Shown: positions 45,101 to 53,739, counted from the first letter of the stretch. The stretch: DNA of 61,784 nt from Pseudomonadales bacterium (GCA_047518105.1 JAKZRQ010000134.1:1-61784); one strand, 5' to 3'. Numbers and translations: made by a program. The notes: generated by a model not told the origin, from the sequence alone.

Positions 45101-45868
45101 GAAACCGATCTCGCGATGCGGATGGCGTCGCTCGGCGGTCGCTGGCCACTTGGTCGCGCGTCCACCGAAGGCGTTGCCTGGTCCGTGGTGCAGGACGTCG
45201 GCATGGTGCGTTTGGAGACCGGCGACCACGCGGGGCCGCTGCACAAGCGCTCGGTAACCGCAACGCGGGTGCGCGTAGGCATCGAGGCGATCCGGTCGGC
45301 CGGGAGCGCGCGGCCGTTCCTAAGTGTCATGGCGCGCCACGACGGCGGCGACGGCGAAACGGGAGGCGGGCTCGAGGTGGCCGGCGGGCTGCGCTACGAG
45401 CACCCGGTTCGTCGACTCGAGATCACCGCCGAGGGGCGGGCGCTGGCCGTGCATTCGGCCCAAGTGCGGCGGGAGTTCGGCATTGCCCTGTCCGCGATGG
45501 TGCCGCCGAGAACCGACCTCACCGGCTTTTCCCTGAAGGTGGAGTCGCGATTCGGTGCCGATGCGCGCCGATCGAACCCCCTATGGGGCAATGCGATGCC
45601 GTGGGACACCCCCTCCAGGCAAGCGCTGGCACGCCAGGTGTGGACCATGGGCTGGGACATCGGCTACGGTTTCAGAACGCACGCCGGGGTTGCGACGCCG
45701 TTCGTGGAACTGGATGCGGGGCCCACCGGGCGCGCCGCTGCACTTGGGACGCGCTACCGCTTCGCCGCAGGCCCGGACCAGATCGACATCGAGTTGTCAG
45801 GTGGTGTCGAGGAGCGCCTTGGCGGGGTCTATACGCACATCGCGATCCGCGCCGCCCTGCACTTCTAG
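39122..45868 (+). CDS. giant (2248 aa) Calx-beta-repeat surface protein with C-terminal autotransporter-like beta-barrel
   Basis: GGAG lies 9 nt before the ATG. Signal peptide ...LLSPSLATANA. At least 11 canonical Calx-beta units (Y.T.DGTA..G.DY...G.L.F.PGE..K...V.L.DD...E..E.F). Two Ig-like modules at ~43931-44450. Helical linker AELAAAEAALAAVARSLL. About 368-aa C-terminus (AYWVRGDWRRFE...) ending IAIRAALHF. Confidence 0.85.
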   Translation: MLPYALQGIGPGKSAVWAGLFALLSPSLATANAGNDQIVLIVSTAVGASDSAIARAPCWDEAPPDAKVLCRPETPEHAGTIGIRLTTSNGQPAKGRITADYATFEITATSPGDYIHRQSMLVIEDGEVGSQIEEITLLDDNVAEETETFGVRVTNFVAPPQYSLTYDHSIETILDNDRETTFFDLSASPSIISEDEGATSVEVTATADGNVLDTQTTITVSVSGSGANIAVAFEPVSDFTITVPANERSGSARFTLTPVDDEVLQVSETVVLAGTVPGLAVNGTTLRLVDHEVLTFAVADASGPEDGPPLAFEVSLGVEVVLPTEVVYQTEAGTATYFWDYEVTVGVLTFAPGEKSKTVNVRLIDDSLYEDDEKFDLALLYTSIGGISYHRLQVSGTGTIIDDDKPPVIQAVHASANEGDQLLFEVKLEGESELPALVEYATSDGTATEGDDYLPAAGTLTFSPGEQSHTITVSTINDDIVEGREDVALTLLRAEDATLDPSSREAVGTIIDDDTVSLTVADAAAVEDGAALAFRVTLSPSSPLAVTADFATSDTTAIAGEDYEAASGTLTFPAGTTSATVLVEVLDDSIYEEEETLTLAFSNAANADAPDKPATGTIRDDDDPPDIVVDPASALEGGGPLAFTVRLTETSGAQATVSYRTSPGSASAGSDYTPVSGNLTFEPGDTRRTIEVALLDDDVDEADETFSMTLTAANGATLGRSTAQGTIRDDDLPAVSVRALTASVVEGAPATFEVTVAGIAAPATGVRVRLTGIGGFLASGPTTRTIAFVAGSKTARLVAPTEDDARDEPDGEVTATLVAGSGYRIGTPSSATAAVLDNDQRAVLVQPTALAVVEGAQSSYTIGLASEPSGEVTVAVTVPGSTDVSAAPAAVTFTAIDWQTPRRITVSAAEDDDLLADAPVRLAHAAKGADYDGTTGDSVTVTVVENDSAAFWIGDVSAAESDGMLRFVVSLSVASPATATVDYATMDGSATADSDYRATAGTLTFLPGETSKTVVVELHDDDLHEADETLRLTLSNAVDAVIAKVGGTGTIADDDSAPVLAVGDAMAVESAGRISFPITMDGATGDNVTIAYATEDATAAAGADYLAASGSLTFASGEISKTVTVTLLDDSRYEADETFRMTLASPVNAVVDKDAGTGTITDDDEPPVLAVADMSASENAGTMAFEVTLREVAATRVAVDYATADATALAGQDYSAAAGTLAFLPGETTRTIIVPLLDDALHEMDETFRVTLANPVGAIVADDEATGTITDDDEAATLSVGDQSAVESLGEIVFEISLAGQSAMPVTVEYATANGTANAQEDYEATTGTLTFDPGERSQTIIVPLLDDAVHEATETFQLELSSPFGANLAHGVGTGTITDDDPVPRLTARDATASEDAGELTFEIVMTGESDSPATVDYATSDDTALAAADYEAISGTLTFVPGESSKTIAVPLLDDEVHEADETLFLTLASPDGATLPTAADADATGTITNDDGEPTLAVADATASEDVGKLAFVIAMTGASDRPATVDYATSDGTATATQDYVATAGTLTFAPGEASKAIVVRVLGDTLPEPDETLQMTLSNAAGAAVADGVGMGTIQDDDETPPETARPIDDMVIALGTTRDLNLTPHFVGVPTSYSAQAANEAVGVSVDGAVLTVHGNAVGAAEVTVTAANGAGEATQTFTVTVVAPPTALRTLPQMALCVGGEPRSVDLATYFDGSSLRYSAMVSDPNTASVTLDGTTLAVAPRNEGVATVTVTAGNALGEASQVFGVTVVKDEAELAAAEAALAAVARSLLASIGDAVAERLRGSRRASRPAAQDLGPGHRYAHLAAARSNPFDEPTTDFDTGSGLAPDQGRQQLRRLPPFSLSVAAADAPSSTAYWVRGDWRRFESRDGDNQRDGTLGTLHLGIDRSFGKAVVGIAASLFAAQVDYRFERSSAACGTSLGKGLLETDLVGVHPYASWPIGRGKMWAFLGAGRGDVALRRCDSERGQETDLAMRMASLGGRWPLGRASTEGVAWSVVQDVGMVRLETGDHAGPLHKRSVTATRVRVGIEAIRSAGSARPFLSVMARHDGGDGETGGGLEVAGGLRYEHPVRRLEITAEGRALAVHSAQVRREFGIALSAMVPPRTDLTGFSLKVESRFGADARRSNPLWGNAMPWDTPSRQALARQVWTMGWDIGYGFRTHAGVATPFVELDAGPTGRAAALGTRYRFAAGPDQIDIELSGGVEERLGGVYTHIAIRAALHF

Positions 45869-46369
45869 CGACCACTCGCGACCGGCGGCGTTTGTTCCGT
45901 GTGGGATCGGCGTCGCTAGGCCGGAGAAGCTCGGTTGCTGCTGGCGACACCGGCCGGCCTCGGAGTGGCGTGCCGGCCAAAGGACTTCCGGCACTTGACC
46001 GACAACGGCGGCACGGCATAGGCACGCCATAGGCACGCCATAATGGTGGCATGGCATCACATCCTTTGAGGCTATGGCATCAGGCGAAGCACTGAATCGA
46101 GGATGCGGACGAGACTGCGGACGACGATCATTGCCGACCGGCAAGCCAGCGCGGCAGTCGCATCGGAGAATCCGCCGTGCGAACCCGCGACCGAGAGCCG
46201 TGGGACCTTGCTTGCATCCGATCATTGTCACCAAACGCCGTCTAAGGTAGAGTCCCGCCGCTTTGGGTTCTCCGCCTTACGAGGGGCGGCGGCGATGGCC
46301 TTCGGCATCCGCACAAAGCGGTTCCGGCTTGCCGACCGTACTTGCCAACTTGCCACGGGTCGATAGTTC

Positions 46370-48415
46370 ATGAATGTCCTTACGGTTACGCTAGCGTGCG
46401 GTCTGCTCGCGCTCGTCTACGGAATCCTCGCCGGCCGCTCGGTGCTGGCTGCCGACGCCGGCAGCCCACGCATGCAGGAAATCGCCGGTGCCATCCAGGA
46501 GGGCGCCGCAGCCTACCTCAACAGGCAGTACAGCACGATTGGCATCGTGGGCGTGGTGGTCGCCATCGTGCTTTGGCTGACGCTGGGCCACTGGGTGGCG
46601 ATCGGGTTCGTCGTTGGCGCCGTGCTGTCGGGAGCGGCGGGTTACATCGGCATGTACGTATCGGTGCGTGCCAACGTGCGTACCACCCAAGCCGCCCAGA
46701 CCGGTCTGAAGCCGGCATTGGCGATCGCCTTCCGCTCCGGTGCGGTCACCGGAATGCTCGTCGTCGGTCTGGGCCTCCTCGGCGTTGCCGGCTACTACGG
46801 GGTTCTCGGTGCCGTCGGCGTCGAACAACGGATGCTGATCGAGGCCTTGGTGGCGCTGTCGTTCGGCGGCTCGCTAATCTCCATTTTCGCGCGCCTCGGC
46901 GGCGGCATCTTCACCAAAGGCGCCGATATCGGCGCCGATCTGGTCGGCAAGATCGAGGCCGGCATTCCCGAGGACGATCCGCGCAACGCGGCCGTCATCG
47001 CGGACAACGTGGGCGACAACGTGGGCGACTGCGCAGGCATGGCGGCCGACCTGTTCGAGACCTACGCCGTGACCTTGGTGGCAACCATGCTGCTCGCCAC
47101 GATCTCGTTCTCCGGCGCCGACAATCTCGTCGCCGCCATGGAAGCACCGCTTGCCATCGGCGGCGTCTGCATCCTCGCATCCATCGTCGGCACATTCTTC
47201 GTCCGCCTGGGCAGTGGCACCAACATCATGGGCGCGCTCTACAAGGGCCTTGTCGTTACCGCCTTGATCTCCGCCGCGCTTGTTTTCGGCGTCACCAAGT
47301 ACCTGTTCGGCGACCAATTCATGGACTACTTCTGGTGCGCCATCGTCGGCTTGACGGTCACCGGCCTCATCGTCTGGGTCACCGAGTACTACACCTCGAC
47401 GGCTTACCGACCGGTGCGCTCGGTGGCGAAATCCTCGGAAACCGGCCACGCCACCAACGTCATCCAGGGCCTCGCCGTGTCGATGGAGGCAACGGCGGTC
47501 CCGGCCATCGTCGTCGCCGTCGGCATCGGGGTCGCATTCCAACTCGCCGGCATCTACGGCATCAGCATCGCTGCCACCACCATGCTGGCACTGGCTGGCA
47601 TGGTCATCGCGCTCGACGCGTACGGTCCGGTAACCGACAATGCCGGCGGAATCGCCGAGATGGCCGACCTCGACGAGCATGTGCGCAAGACCACGGACGC
47701 CCTCGATGCCGTGGGGAACACCACCAAGGCGGTTACCAAGGGCTACGCGATCGGCTCTGCCGGGTTGGCGGCACTGGTGCTGTTCTCGGCCTATACCCAG
47801 GATCTCGATCACTACTTTCCCGAGTTGACCTTCGACTTCACCCTGTCGAGCCCCTACGTGGTCATCGGCCTGCTGATCGGCGGCATGCTGCCGTATCTTT
47901 TCGGCGCGCTTGGCATGCAAGCCGTCGGCCGCGCGGGCGGCGAAGTGGTGGAGGAGGTGCGTCGGCAGTTCAGGGAGATTCCCGGCATCATGGAAGGCAC
48001 GGGTCGCCCGGACTACAGCCGCGCGGTCGATCTCCTGACCCGTTCCGCCATTCGGGAAATGATCGTGCCCTCGCTCCTGCCGGTGCTCGCGCCCATCGTC
48101 GTGTACTTCGTCGTCGAGTTGCTCATCGACCAGGCCAAGGCGCTTACCACCGTCGGCGCCATGCTGCTCGGCACCATCGTGACCGGCTTGTTCGTGGCGA
48201 TTTCGATGACGGCCGGCGGCGGTGCCTGGGACAATGCCAAGAAGTACATCGAAGACGGCCACCACGGCGGCAAGGGCTCGAACGCGCACATGGCCGCCAT
48301 CACCGGCGACACCGTTGGCGACCCCTACAAGGACACGGCTGGACCGGCGGTGAACCCGATGATCAAGATCATCAATATCGTGGCGCTGCTGCTGCTTGCG
48401 GCACTCGGAGGCTGA
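46370..48415 (+). CDS. hppA: membrane-bound proton-translocating pyrophosphatase
   Basis: 681 aa. Reads [40 protein letters not shown] and [14 protein letters not shown]. Confidence 0.95.
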   Translation: MNVLTVTLACGLLALVYGILAGRSVLAADAGSPRMQEIAGAIQEGAAAYLNRQYSTIGIVGVVVAIVLWLTLGHWVAIGFVVGAVLSGAAGYIGMYVSVRANVRTTQAAQTGLKPALAIAFRSGAVTGMLVVGLGLLGVAGYYGVLGAVGVEQRMLIEALVALSFGGSLISIFARLGGGIFTKGADIGADLVGKIEAGIPEDDPRNAAVIADNVGDNVGDCAGMAADLFETYAVTLVATMLLATISFSGADNLVAAMEAPLAIGGVCILASIVGTFFVRLGSGTNIMGALYKGLVVTALISAALVFGVTKYLFGDQFMDYFWCAIVGLTVTGLIVWVTEYYTSTAYRPVRSVAKSSETGHATNVIQGLAVSMEATAVPAIVVAVGIGVAFQLAGIYGISIAATTMLALAGMVIALDAYGPVTDNAGGIAEMADLDEHVRKTTDALDAVGNTTKAVTKGYAIGSAGLAALVLFSAYTQDLDHYFPELTFDFTLSSPYVVIGLLIGGMLPYLFGALGMQAVGRAGGEVVEEVRRQFREIPGIMEGTGRPDYSRAVDLLTRSAIREMIVPSLLPVLAPIVVYFVVELLIDQAKALTTVGAMLLGTIVTGLFVAISMTAGGGAWDNAKKYIEDGHHGGKGSNAHMAAITGDTVGDPYKDTAGPAVNPMIKIINIVALLLLAALGG

Positions 48416-48520
48416 TCGGCGGGCGACCCGTCCGGCCCCGCCAGATCACCCAAGCACGACGGCGTCGCCACTTGGGCGGCATTCGAACCAAGCCGGGAGA
48501 AGACGCAAGCATTCTTCAAA

Positions 48521-48538
48521 CGCGCCCGCCAGGGCGCG
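48521..48538. terminator. GC hairpin between convergent hppA and pfp (core of a partial family 2 repeat)
   Basis: CGCGCCCgccaGGGCGCG. The flanking sequence gcaagcattcttcaaa resembles the family 2 consensus. There is no clear T-tract. Confidence 0.4.
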
Positions 48539-48547
48539 CGCGTCCCC

Positions 48548-49813
48548 CTACATGTCGAACGGATCGAGCTTCTTCGCAACAGTTGGATTGGCCAGCACGG
48601 CGTAGTCGGGCAAGCCGTCGGTGAACGGCGGGTAGTCCTCGCCGGCGACCAGCGGCGCCAGGTAGCGATGCGCCGCCTTGGTGATGCCGAAGCCGTCGCG
48701 GCTGATGAACGCCTTCGGCATCTTGCGCTCGATATTGGCGACCCGTTGGAGCGGGGCATCGCCGAGTTCCCAGCCGTAGGGTTCGTCCGCCGTCCGCACG
48801 ATCGTCGCCATGACGGCGTTCTTCCCCGACAGCGCGAGTTCCACGGCATGACGGCCAACGGCATAGGCCTGTTCCACGTCGGTGGCCGAGGCGATGTGGC
48901 GCGCGGCGCGTTGCAGGTAGTCGGCCACCGCGTAGTGGTACTTGTAGCCGAGCCGGTCCCGCACCAGTCCCGCCAACATGGGCGCGACGCCGCCGAGTTG
49001 GGCATGACCGAAGGCGTCTCTCCCGCCGGCATCGGCGAGAAAGCGACCGTCCGCATAGCGGGCCCCCTCCGAGACCACGATCACGCAGTAGCCGAAACGG
49101 CGCACGGCGATGTCGGTTCTGGCGAGGAAGCGCCCTTCGTCGAACGCGACTTCGGGAAAGACGATGACGTGCGGCGCATCGTCGCGGTGGCGCTTGGCGA
49201 GTCCGCCCGACGCCGCGATCCAACCGGCGTGACGGCCCATGACTTCCAGGATGAATACCTTGGTGGAGGTTTCGCACATCGACGCGACATCCAGAGCGGC
49301 TTCGCGAACGGACACCGCCACGTATTTCGCCACGGAACCGAAGCCAGGGCACGTATCCGTGATCGGCAGGTCGTTGTCCACGGTCTTGGGAATGCCGATG
49401 CAGGTCACCGGATAGCCTAGGCGATCGCCGAGGAGCGAGACCTTGTGTGCGGTGTCCTGAGAGTCGCCACCCCCATTGTAGAAGAAGTAGCCGACATCGT
49501 GCGCCTTGAACACGTCGATGAGGCGCCGGTACTCCCGCTCCCCACCGTCGGCATCCAAGGAAGCGAGTTTGTAGCGGCAGGAGCCGAATGCCCCGCCGGG
49601 CGTGGACCGCAAACGCGCGATCACGGCATCGGATTCCCGGCCGGTGTCGATCAACTCCTCCCGCAACGCGCCGAGGATGCCGTTCCTGCCGGCGAACACG
49701 GTGCCAATCCGGTCCCGGTTCCCGCGCGCCGCCTCGATCACGCCGCAGGCGGAGGCGTTGATTACCGCGGTAACGCCCCCCGATTGGGCATAGAACGCGT
49801 TCCTCTTTGTCAT
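48548..49813 (-). CDS. pfp: 6-phosphofructokinase, probably pyrophosphate-dependent type (421 aa)
   Basis: Reads NAFYAQSGGVTAVINA, YNGGGDSQDT, IPKTVDNDL and EVMGRHAGW. The length and the neighbouring PPase fit a PPi-PFK. The phosphoryl donor cannot be proven from sequence here. Confidence 0.75.
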   Translation of the reverse strand: MTKRNAFYAQSGGVTAVINASACGVIEAARGNRDRIGTVFAGRNGILGALREELIDTGRESDAVIARLRSTPGGAFGSCRYKLASLDADGGEREYRRLIDVFKAHDVGYFFYNGGGDSQDTAHKVSLLGDRLGYPVTCIGIPKTVDNDLPITDTCPGFGSVAKYVAVSVREAALDVASMCETSTKVFILEVMGRHAGWIAASGGLAKRHRDDAPHVIVFPEVAFDEGRFLARTDIAVRRFGYCVIVVSEGARYADGRFLADAGGRDAFGHAQLGGVAPMLAGLVRDRLGYKYHYAVADYLQRAARHIASATDVEQAYAVGRHAVELALSGKNAVMATIVRTADEPYGWELGDAPLQRVANIERKMPKAFISRDGFGITKAAHRYLAPLVAGEDYPPFTDGLPDYAVLANPTVAKKLDPFDM

Positions 49814-50007
49814 CGACCCGTGCATCGACGGTACTCCCGGGCTTCTGCCCATTGTTGAGACAGCCGCAACGCGGCGAAGTCGGCGGCCCGGATTGCGTCG
49901 CCAACCCGTCAGGGAGTGGCGCAAACGGACCGCCGCCCGAAAAGGTAATTTAACGAATTACGCCTATGGGCAACCACGTCCACGAGGGATTGTGCCAAAA
50001 TCAACCC

Positions 50008-50529
50008 ATGACCGCGTTCCTGCGCCTGTTTTGGAACATCTGCCTGCTGCGCGATGGTCCCGAAGCGGTTCCGACACAAACCTGGTTCCTGAGCACGTTG
50101 ATTGCGGCCGAGCTGGCGATCAGCGTCATCGTGTTCCGCGTGGTGTGGCCCGAGGTGTCGTCCTGGCTGGGGTTCAACTGGGCATTGATCGGCCTCGCGG
50201 TCACCGCATCCATCGCCTGGTTCGCCCTCTACCTGCGCGATCAAGAAGCGCGGTTCCCCGCGACCCTTGGCGCGGTGTTGGGCACCAAGGTGCTGATCGG
50301 CGCGGTGGGTTCGCTGATCCTCGCCACCACCAGCGGGGCGGTCGAGCAAGGCGTGGGTTGGGTATTGACCCTCTGGGGTGTCGTCGTGGTGGGCTTCATC
50401 CTGCATCGCGCGTTGGCCACGCGGCTTTGGACGGGCATTCTCCTGTCCCTGGTCATAGTGGCCATTGGCTACGTCGTCGCGGCCGGAGTGCTCGGCGGCG
50501 CGATCAATGCCGACGTTGGTTCCGGGTAG
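50008..50529 (+). CDS. hypothetical integral membrane protein
   Basis: Five hydrophobic segments. ATG at 50008. Sits 8 nt upstream of mpl. Confidence 0.6.
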   Translation: MTAFLRLFWNICLLRDGPEAVPTQTWFLSTLIAAELAISVIVFRVVWPEVSSWLGFNWALIGLAVTASIAWFALYLRDQEARFPATLGAVLGTKVLIGAVGSLILATTSGAVEQGVGWVLTLWGVVVVGFILHRALATRLWTGILLSLVIVAIGYVVAAGVLGGAINADVGSG

Positions 50530-50537
50530 CCGATCCC

Positions 50538-51938
50538 GTGCGCCTCTACTTCCTCGGCATTGGCGGCACCCTGATGGGCAGCCTCGCGCTGCTCGCGAAA
50601 CAACAGGGTCACCAGGTCAGCGGCTTCGACAGGGCGTTCTATCCCCCCATGAGCGATCAGCTTGCCGCATCCGCCATCCGGGTGTTCGAAGGCTTCGACC
50701 CTGCCCAACTGCGCCCCAAACCGGACCTGGCGGTCATCGGCAACGCCGGGCTGCCCCGCGGTCACGATGCGGTCGAATACGTCCTGGACAACGACCTGCC
50801 GTACCTTTCCGGCGCCGAGTGGTTGGGCACCGAGGTGCTGCGGGGCCGCTGGACGATCGCCGTTGCCGGCACCCACGGCAAGACCACGACCGCAAGCATG
50901 GTCGCGCACATTCTCGATCAAGCCGGCCTCGCCCCTGGATTTCTAATCGGCGGCGCGCCGGGCAATTTCGATGCATCCGCCCGGCTAGGGGCGGGTCACT
51001 GCTTCGTCGTGGAAGCGGACGAGTACGACACTTCCTACTTCGACCGCCGGTCGAAGTTCCTCCACTACCGGCCCAAGACGCTGATCCTGAACAACTTGGA
51101 GTTCGAACACGCCGACATCTTCGACGACCTCGCCGAAATCCAGTTCCAGTTCCATCACCTGGTGCGCGCGGTGCCGTCCAACGGGTTGATCGTCGCGCCC
51201 GGCAACGACCGCCATGTCGACGATGTCCTCCGACAGGGTTGCTGGACACCCGTCGTCAGATTCGGTTCCGCCGCTTGGCGGCGCGCAGTGGTCGATTCCG
51301 AACTGACGAGCGATCAGTGGCGTTCCACGAACGTCGCATCCGACGGCAGTCGATTCGGCGTGACGTTGAACGCCCGGAACGTGGGATCGGTGAACTGGGC
51401 GCTCATCGGTCGGCACAATGTCGACAACGCCTTGGCGGCAGTGGCGGCGGCACGGCACGCCGGGGTACGGCCCACGGACAGCGTGGCCGCGTTGAACTCC
51501 TTCAAGAACTGCAAGCGGCGCATGGAATTGATCGTCGATCGGCCGGGGCTCAAGGTCTACGACGACTTCGCCCACCACCCCACGGCCATCAGGGCCACCT
51601 TGGAAAGCTTGCGGGCACGGGTTGGCAACCAACGCATCGTGGCAGTCGTGGAACCGAGCACGCACACGATGTCCCTCGGCACACTGCGCGAGGAACTGAC
51701 GAATTGCTGCGCCGCCGCCGACGAGTCCGTCTGGTTCCGGGGCGACAACATCCAATGGAACGTCGCCGAAATCGCCCGGGCGAGCTTGGTGCCCGCCACC
51801 GTCGAGAGCGACGTCGGCCGGTTGACCACGCAGATCGTGGCACTGGACGGCGGCACCGAGCGTTGCACCCATGTTGTGATCATGAGCAACGGCGCCTTCG
51901 GCGGCATCTACGAACGCCTCCAGAAACGCCTTCGATAG
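50538..51938 (+). CDS. mpl: UDP-N-acetylmuramate:L-alanyl-gamma-D-glutamyl-meso-diaminopimelate ligase
   Basis: GTG start. Reads LYFLGIGGTLMGSLA, AVAGTHGKTTT, EADEYD and DDFAHHPTAI. Confidence 0.9.
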   Translation: MRLYFLGIGGTLMGSLALLAKQQGHQVSGFDRAFYPPMSDQLAASAIRVFEGFDPAQLRPKPDLAVIGNAGLPRGHDAVEYVLDNDLPYLSGAEWLGTEVLRGRWTIAVAGTHGKTTTASMVAHILDQAGLAPGFLIGGAPGNFDASARLGAGHCFVVEADEYDTSYFDRRSKFLHYRPKTLILNNLEFEHADIFDDLAEIQFQFHHLVRAVPSNGLIVAPGNDRHVDDVLRQGCWTPVVRFGSAAWRRAVVDSELTSDQWRSTNVASDGSRFGVTLNARNVGSVNWALIGRHNVDNALAAVAAARHAGVRPTDSVAALNSFKNCKRRMELIVDRPGLKVYDDFAHHPTAIRATLESLRARVGNQRIVAVVEPSTHTMSLGTLREELTNCCAAADESVWFRGDNIQWNVAEIARASLVPATVESDVGRLTTQIVALDGGTERCTHVVIMSNGAFGGIYERLQKRLR

Positions 51939-52005
51939 GTCGCGGACGTTCCGCGTCCACGAGGCGGTCTCGTCTTTCGGACGTGCCGGGCCGGCACCGG
52001 GGCGC

Positions 52006-53739
52006 TCAGAAGAACTCCTCGGGCAATGCCATGACGCTGGTCGCGCCCGCAGCGATGCTACGTCTCAGGGTGAACGTCCTCGGTAGCAGCTTGGCGTAGA
52101 AGAACCGGGCCACCTCGGTCTTCGAACGGCGGGGCCCGCCCGCGCCGTCGACGAGAGCCATCCGCGCCCAGAGCCACGCGTAGATGCCGAGTCCGGTCAA
52201 TTCGAGGAAGTCCACCGAAACGGCTCCGGGCATGTCCGGGTCTTGCGCGGCACCCGCCAGCAGTTGCCGGATCGCTTCGGCGATGGCGTCGAACGCGTCT
52301 GCCAAGGGCGCCGAGAACTCCGCAGGCACGTCCGAGCCGCTCATTTCTTCAAGCACCCGACCTAGCGTTTCGCCGCCGTCGCGGAGGACCTTGCGGACCG
52401 TGAAATCCAGCGCCTGGACGCCGTTGGTACCCTCGTAGATCTGCGCGATGCGGGCGTCGCGGACGATCTGTTCGACGCCATGCTCGACAATGTAGCCGTG
52501 GCCGCCAAACACCTGCTGCGCCATCAGCGCCCCTTCCATGGCGCGATCCGTAACGAAGGCCTTGGCCAGCGGGGTGAGCAACTCCACGATTCGCCGCGCG
52601 GCCTCCCGATCATCCGCTTCCGGGCCGTGCTTGGCGCGGTCGAGCATCAAGGCGACGTAGGCAGCGAATGCCCGGCTGCCTTCCGCGAAGGCCCGCTGAG
52701 TCAACAGCATCCGGCGGACATCGGGGTGGACGAGGATCGAGTCGGCGTCGGCGGACGGGTTGTTCGGCCCCGTGGCGGCGCGTCCCTGGAGACGATCCCG
52801 CGCATAGGCCGTGGCGTTCTGAAGGGCCAGTTCGGCGAGCCCCAGGCCTTGGATGCCCACCGCCAGGCGGGCATGGTTCATCATCGTGAACATGTTGGCG
52901 AGCCCCCGGTTCGGTGCACCGATGAGATAGCCGGTGGCGCCGTCGTAGTCGATGACCGAGGTCGCGCTGCCGCGGATGCCCATTTTGTGCTCGATGGAAG
53001 CGCTCGCGAAGCCATTGCGGCTTGTGTCGGGCAGGAACTTCGGCACCAGCAACAGGGATATGCCGCGGCTGCCCGCAGGCGAGTCGGGCAGCTTTGCCAG
53101 CACCAGGTGAACGATGTTGTCCGCAAGGTCGTGTTCGCCGCTGGTAATGAATATCTTGGTGCCGGTGACCTTGTAGACGCCGTCGACAGCCGGTACGGCC
53201 CGAGTGCGGATCATCCCGAGGTCGGTACCCGCGTGGGCCTCGGTCAACGCCATGGCTGCGGTCCACTCGCCGCTGTATAGCCGCGGCAGGTAGGTGCGCT
53301 TCATCACCTCGTCGCCGTGCGTGTCGATGCAGACGGCGGCGCCGACGGTCAGGGCACCGTACAGGTAGAGGCCCGGGTTGGCGCTCCAGAACATCTCCTC
53401 GAGCGGCACCGCGAGCATCTTGGGCAAACCCTGTCCCGCGTAGGCCGGATTGCCGGATATTCCGAACCATCCGCCGTCGGCCAGCGCCCGGAACGCGTCC
53501 TTGAAGCCCGCCGGGGCCGTTACCCGACCGTCGCGCCAATGCGCGCCTTCCGCGTCGCCCGCCTGGTAGAGCGGCGCCAGCACGTCCGCCGCAAGTTTGC
53601 CGCCCTCGGCCAGCACGGCGAGCGCAAGCGCCTTGTCGAGGTCCGCGAAAGCAGGCATGCGTGCCCACACCGCGTCTGCTTCGAGCAGGTCGAACAGCAC
53701 GAACGCCATATCATCCAGCGGTGGCGAGTATGCGAGCAT
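52006..53739 (-). CDS. long-form acyl-CoA dehydrogenase (577 aa)
   Basis: Reads TAAMALTEAHAGTDLG, KIFITSGEHD, GGHGYIVE and IYEGTNGVQALD. ATG at 53737-53739. Confidence 0.85.
   Translation of the reverse strand: MLAYSPPLDDMAFVLFDLLEADAVWARMPAFADLDKALALAVLAEGGKLAADVLAPLYQAGDAEGAHWRDGRVTAPAGFKDAFRALADGGWFGISGNPAYAGQGLPKMLAVPLEEMFWSANPGLYLYGALTVGAAVCIDTHGDEVMKRTYLPRLYSGEWTAAMALTEAHAGTDLGMIRTRAVPAVDGVYKVTGTKIFITSGEHDLADNIVHLVLAKLPDSPAGSRGISLLLVPKFLPDTSRNGFASASIEHKMGIRGSATSVIDYDGATGYLIGAPNRGLANMFTMMNHARLAVGIQGLGLAELALQNATAYARDRLQGRAATGPNNPSADADSILVHPDVRRMLLTQRAFAEGSRAFAAYVALMLDRAKHGPEADDREAARRIVELLTPLAKAFVTDRAMEGALMAQQVFGGHGYIVEHGVEQIVRDARIAQIYEGTNGVQALDFTVRKVLRDGGETLGRVLEEMSGSDVPAEFSAPLADAFDAIAEAIRQLLAGAAQDPDMPGAVSVDFLELTGLGIYAWLWARMALVDGAGGPRRSKTEVARFFYAKLLPRTFTLRRSIAAGATSVMALPEEFF

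Noticed and set aside
44230-46032. 600-aa ORF and other alternative-frame ORFs inside the giant adhesin gene
   Set aside because: The sequence is Arg/Gly/Pro-rich and low-complexity. The frame of 39122..45868 carries all the Calx-beta, Ig and barrel signatures.
46060-46100. Sigma-54 promoter (TGGCAT...GCA) upstream of hppA
   Set aside because: The spacing between the GG and GC elements does not fit TGGCAC-N5-TTGC in any register I tried.
46342-48624. 760-aa ORF overlapping hppA
   Set aside because: It is an alternative frame of the pyrophosphatase gene with Arg/Gly-rich junk composition.
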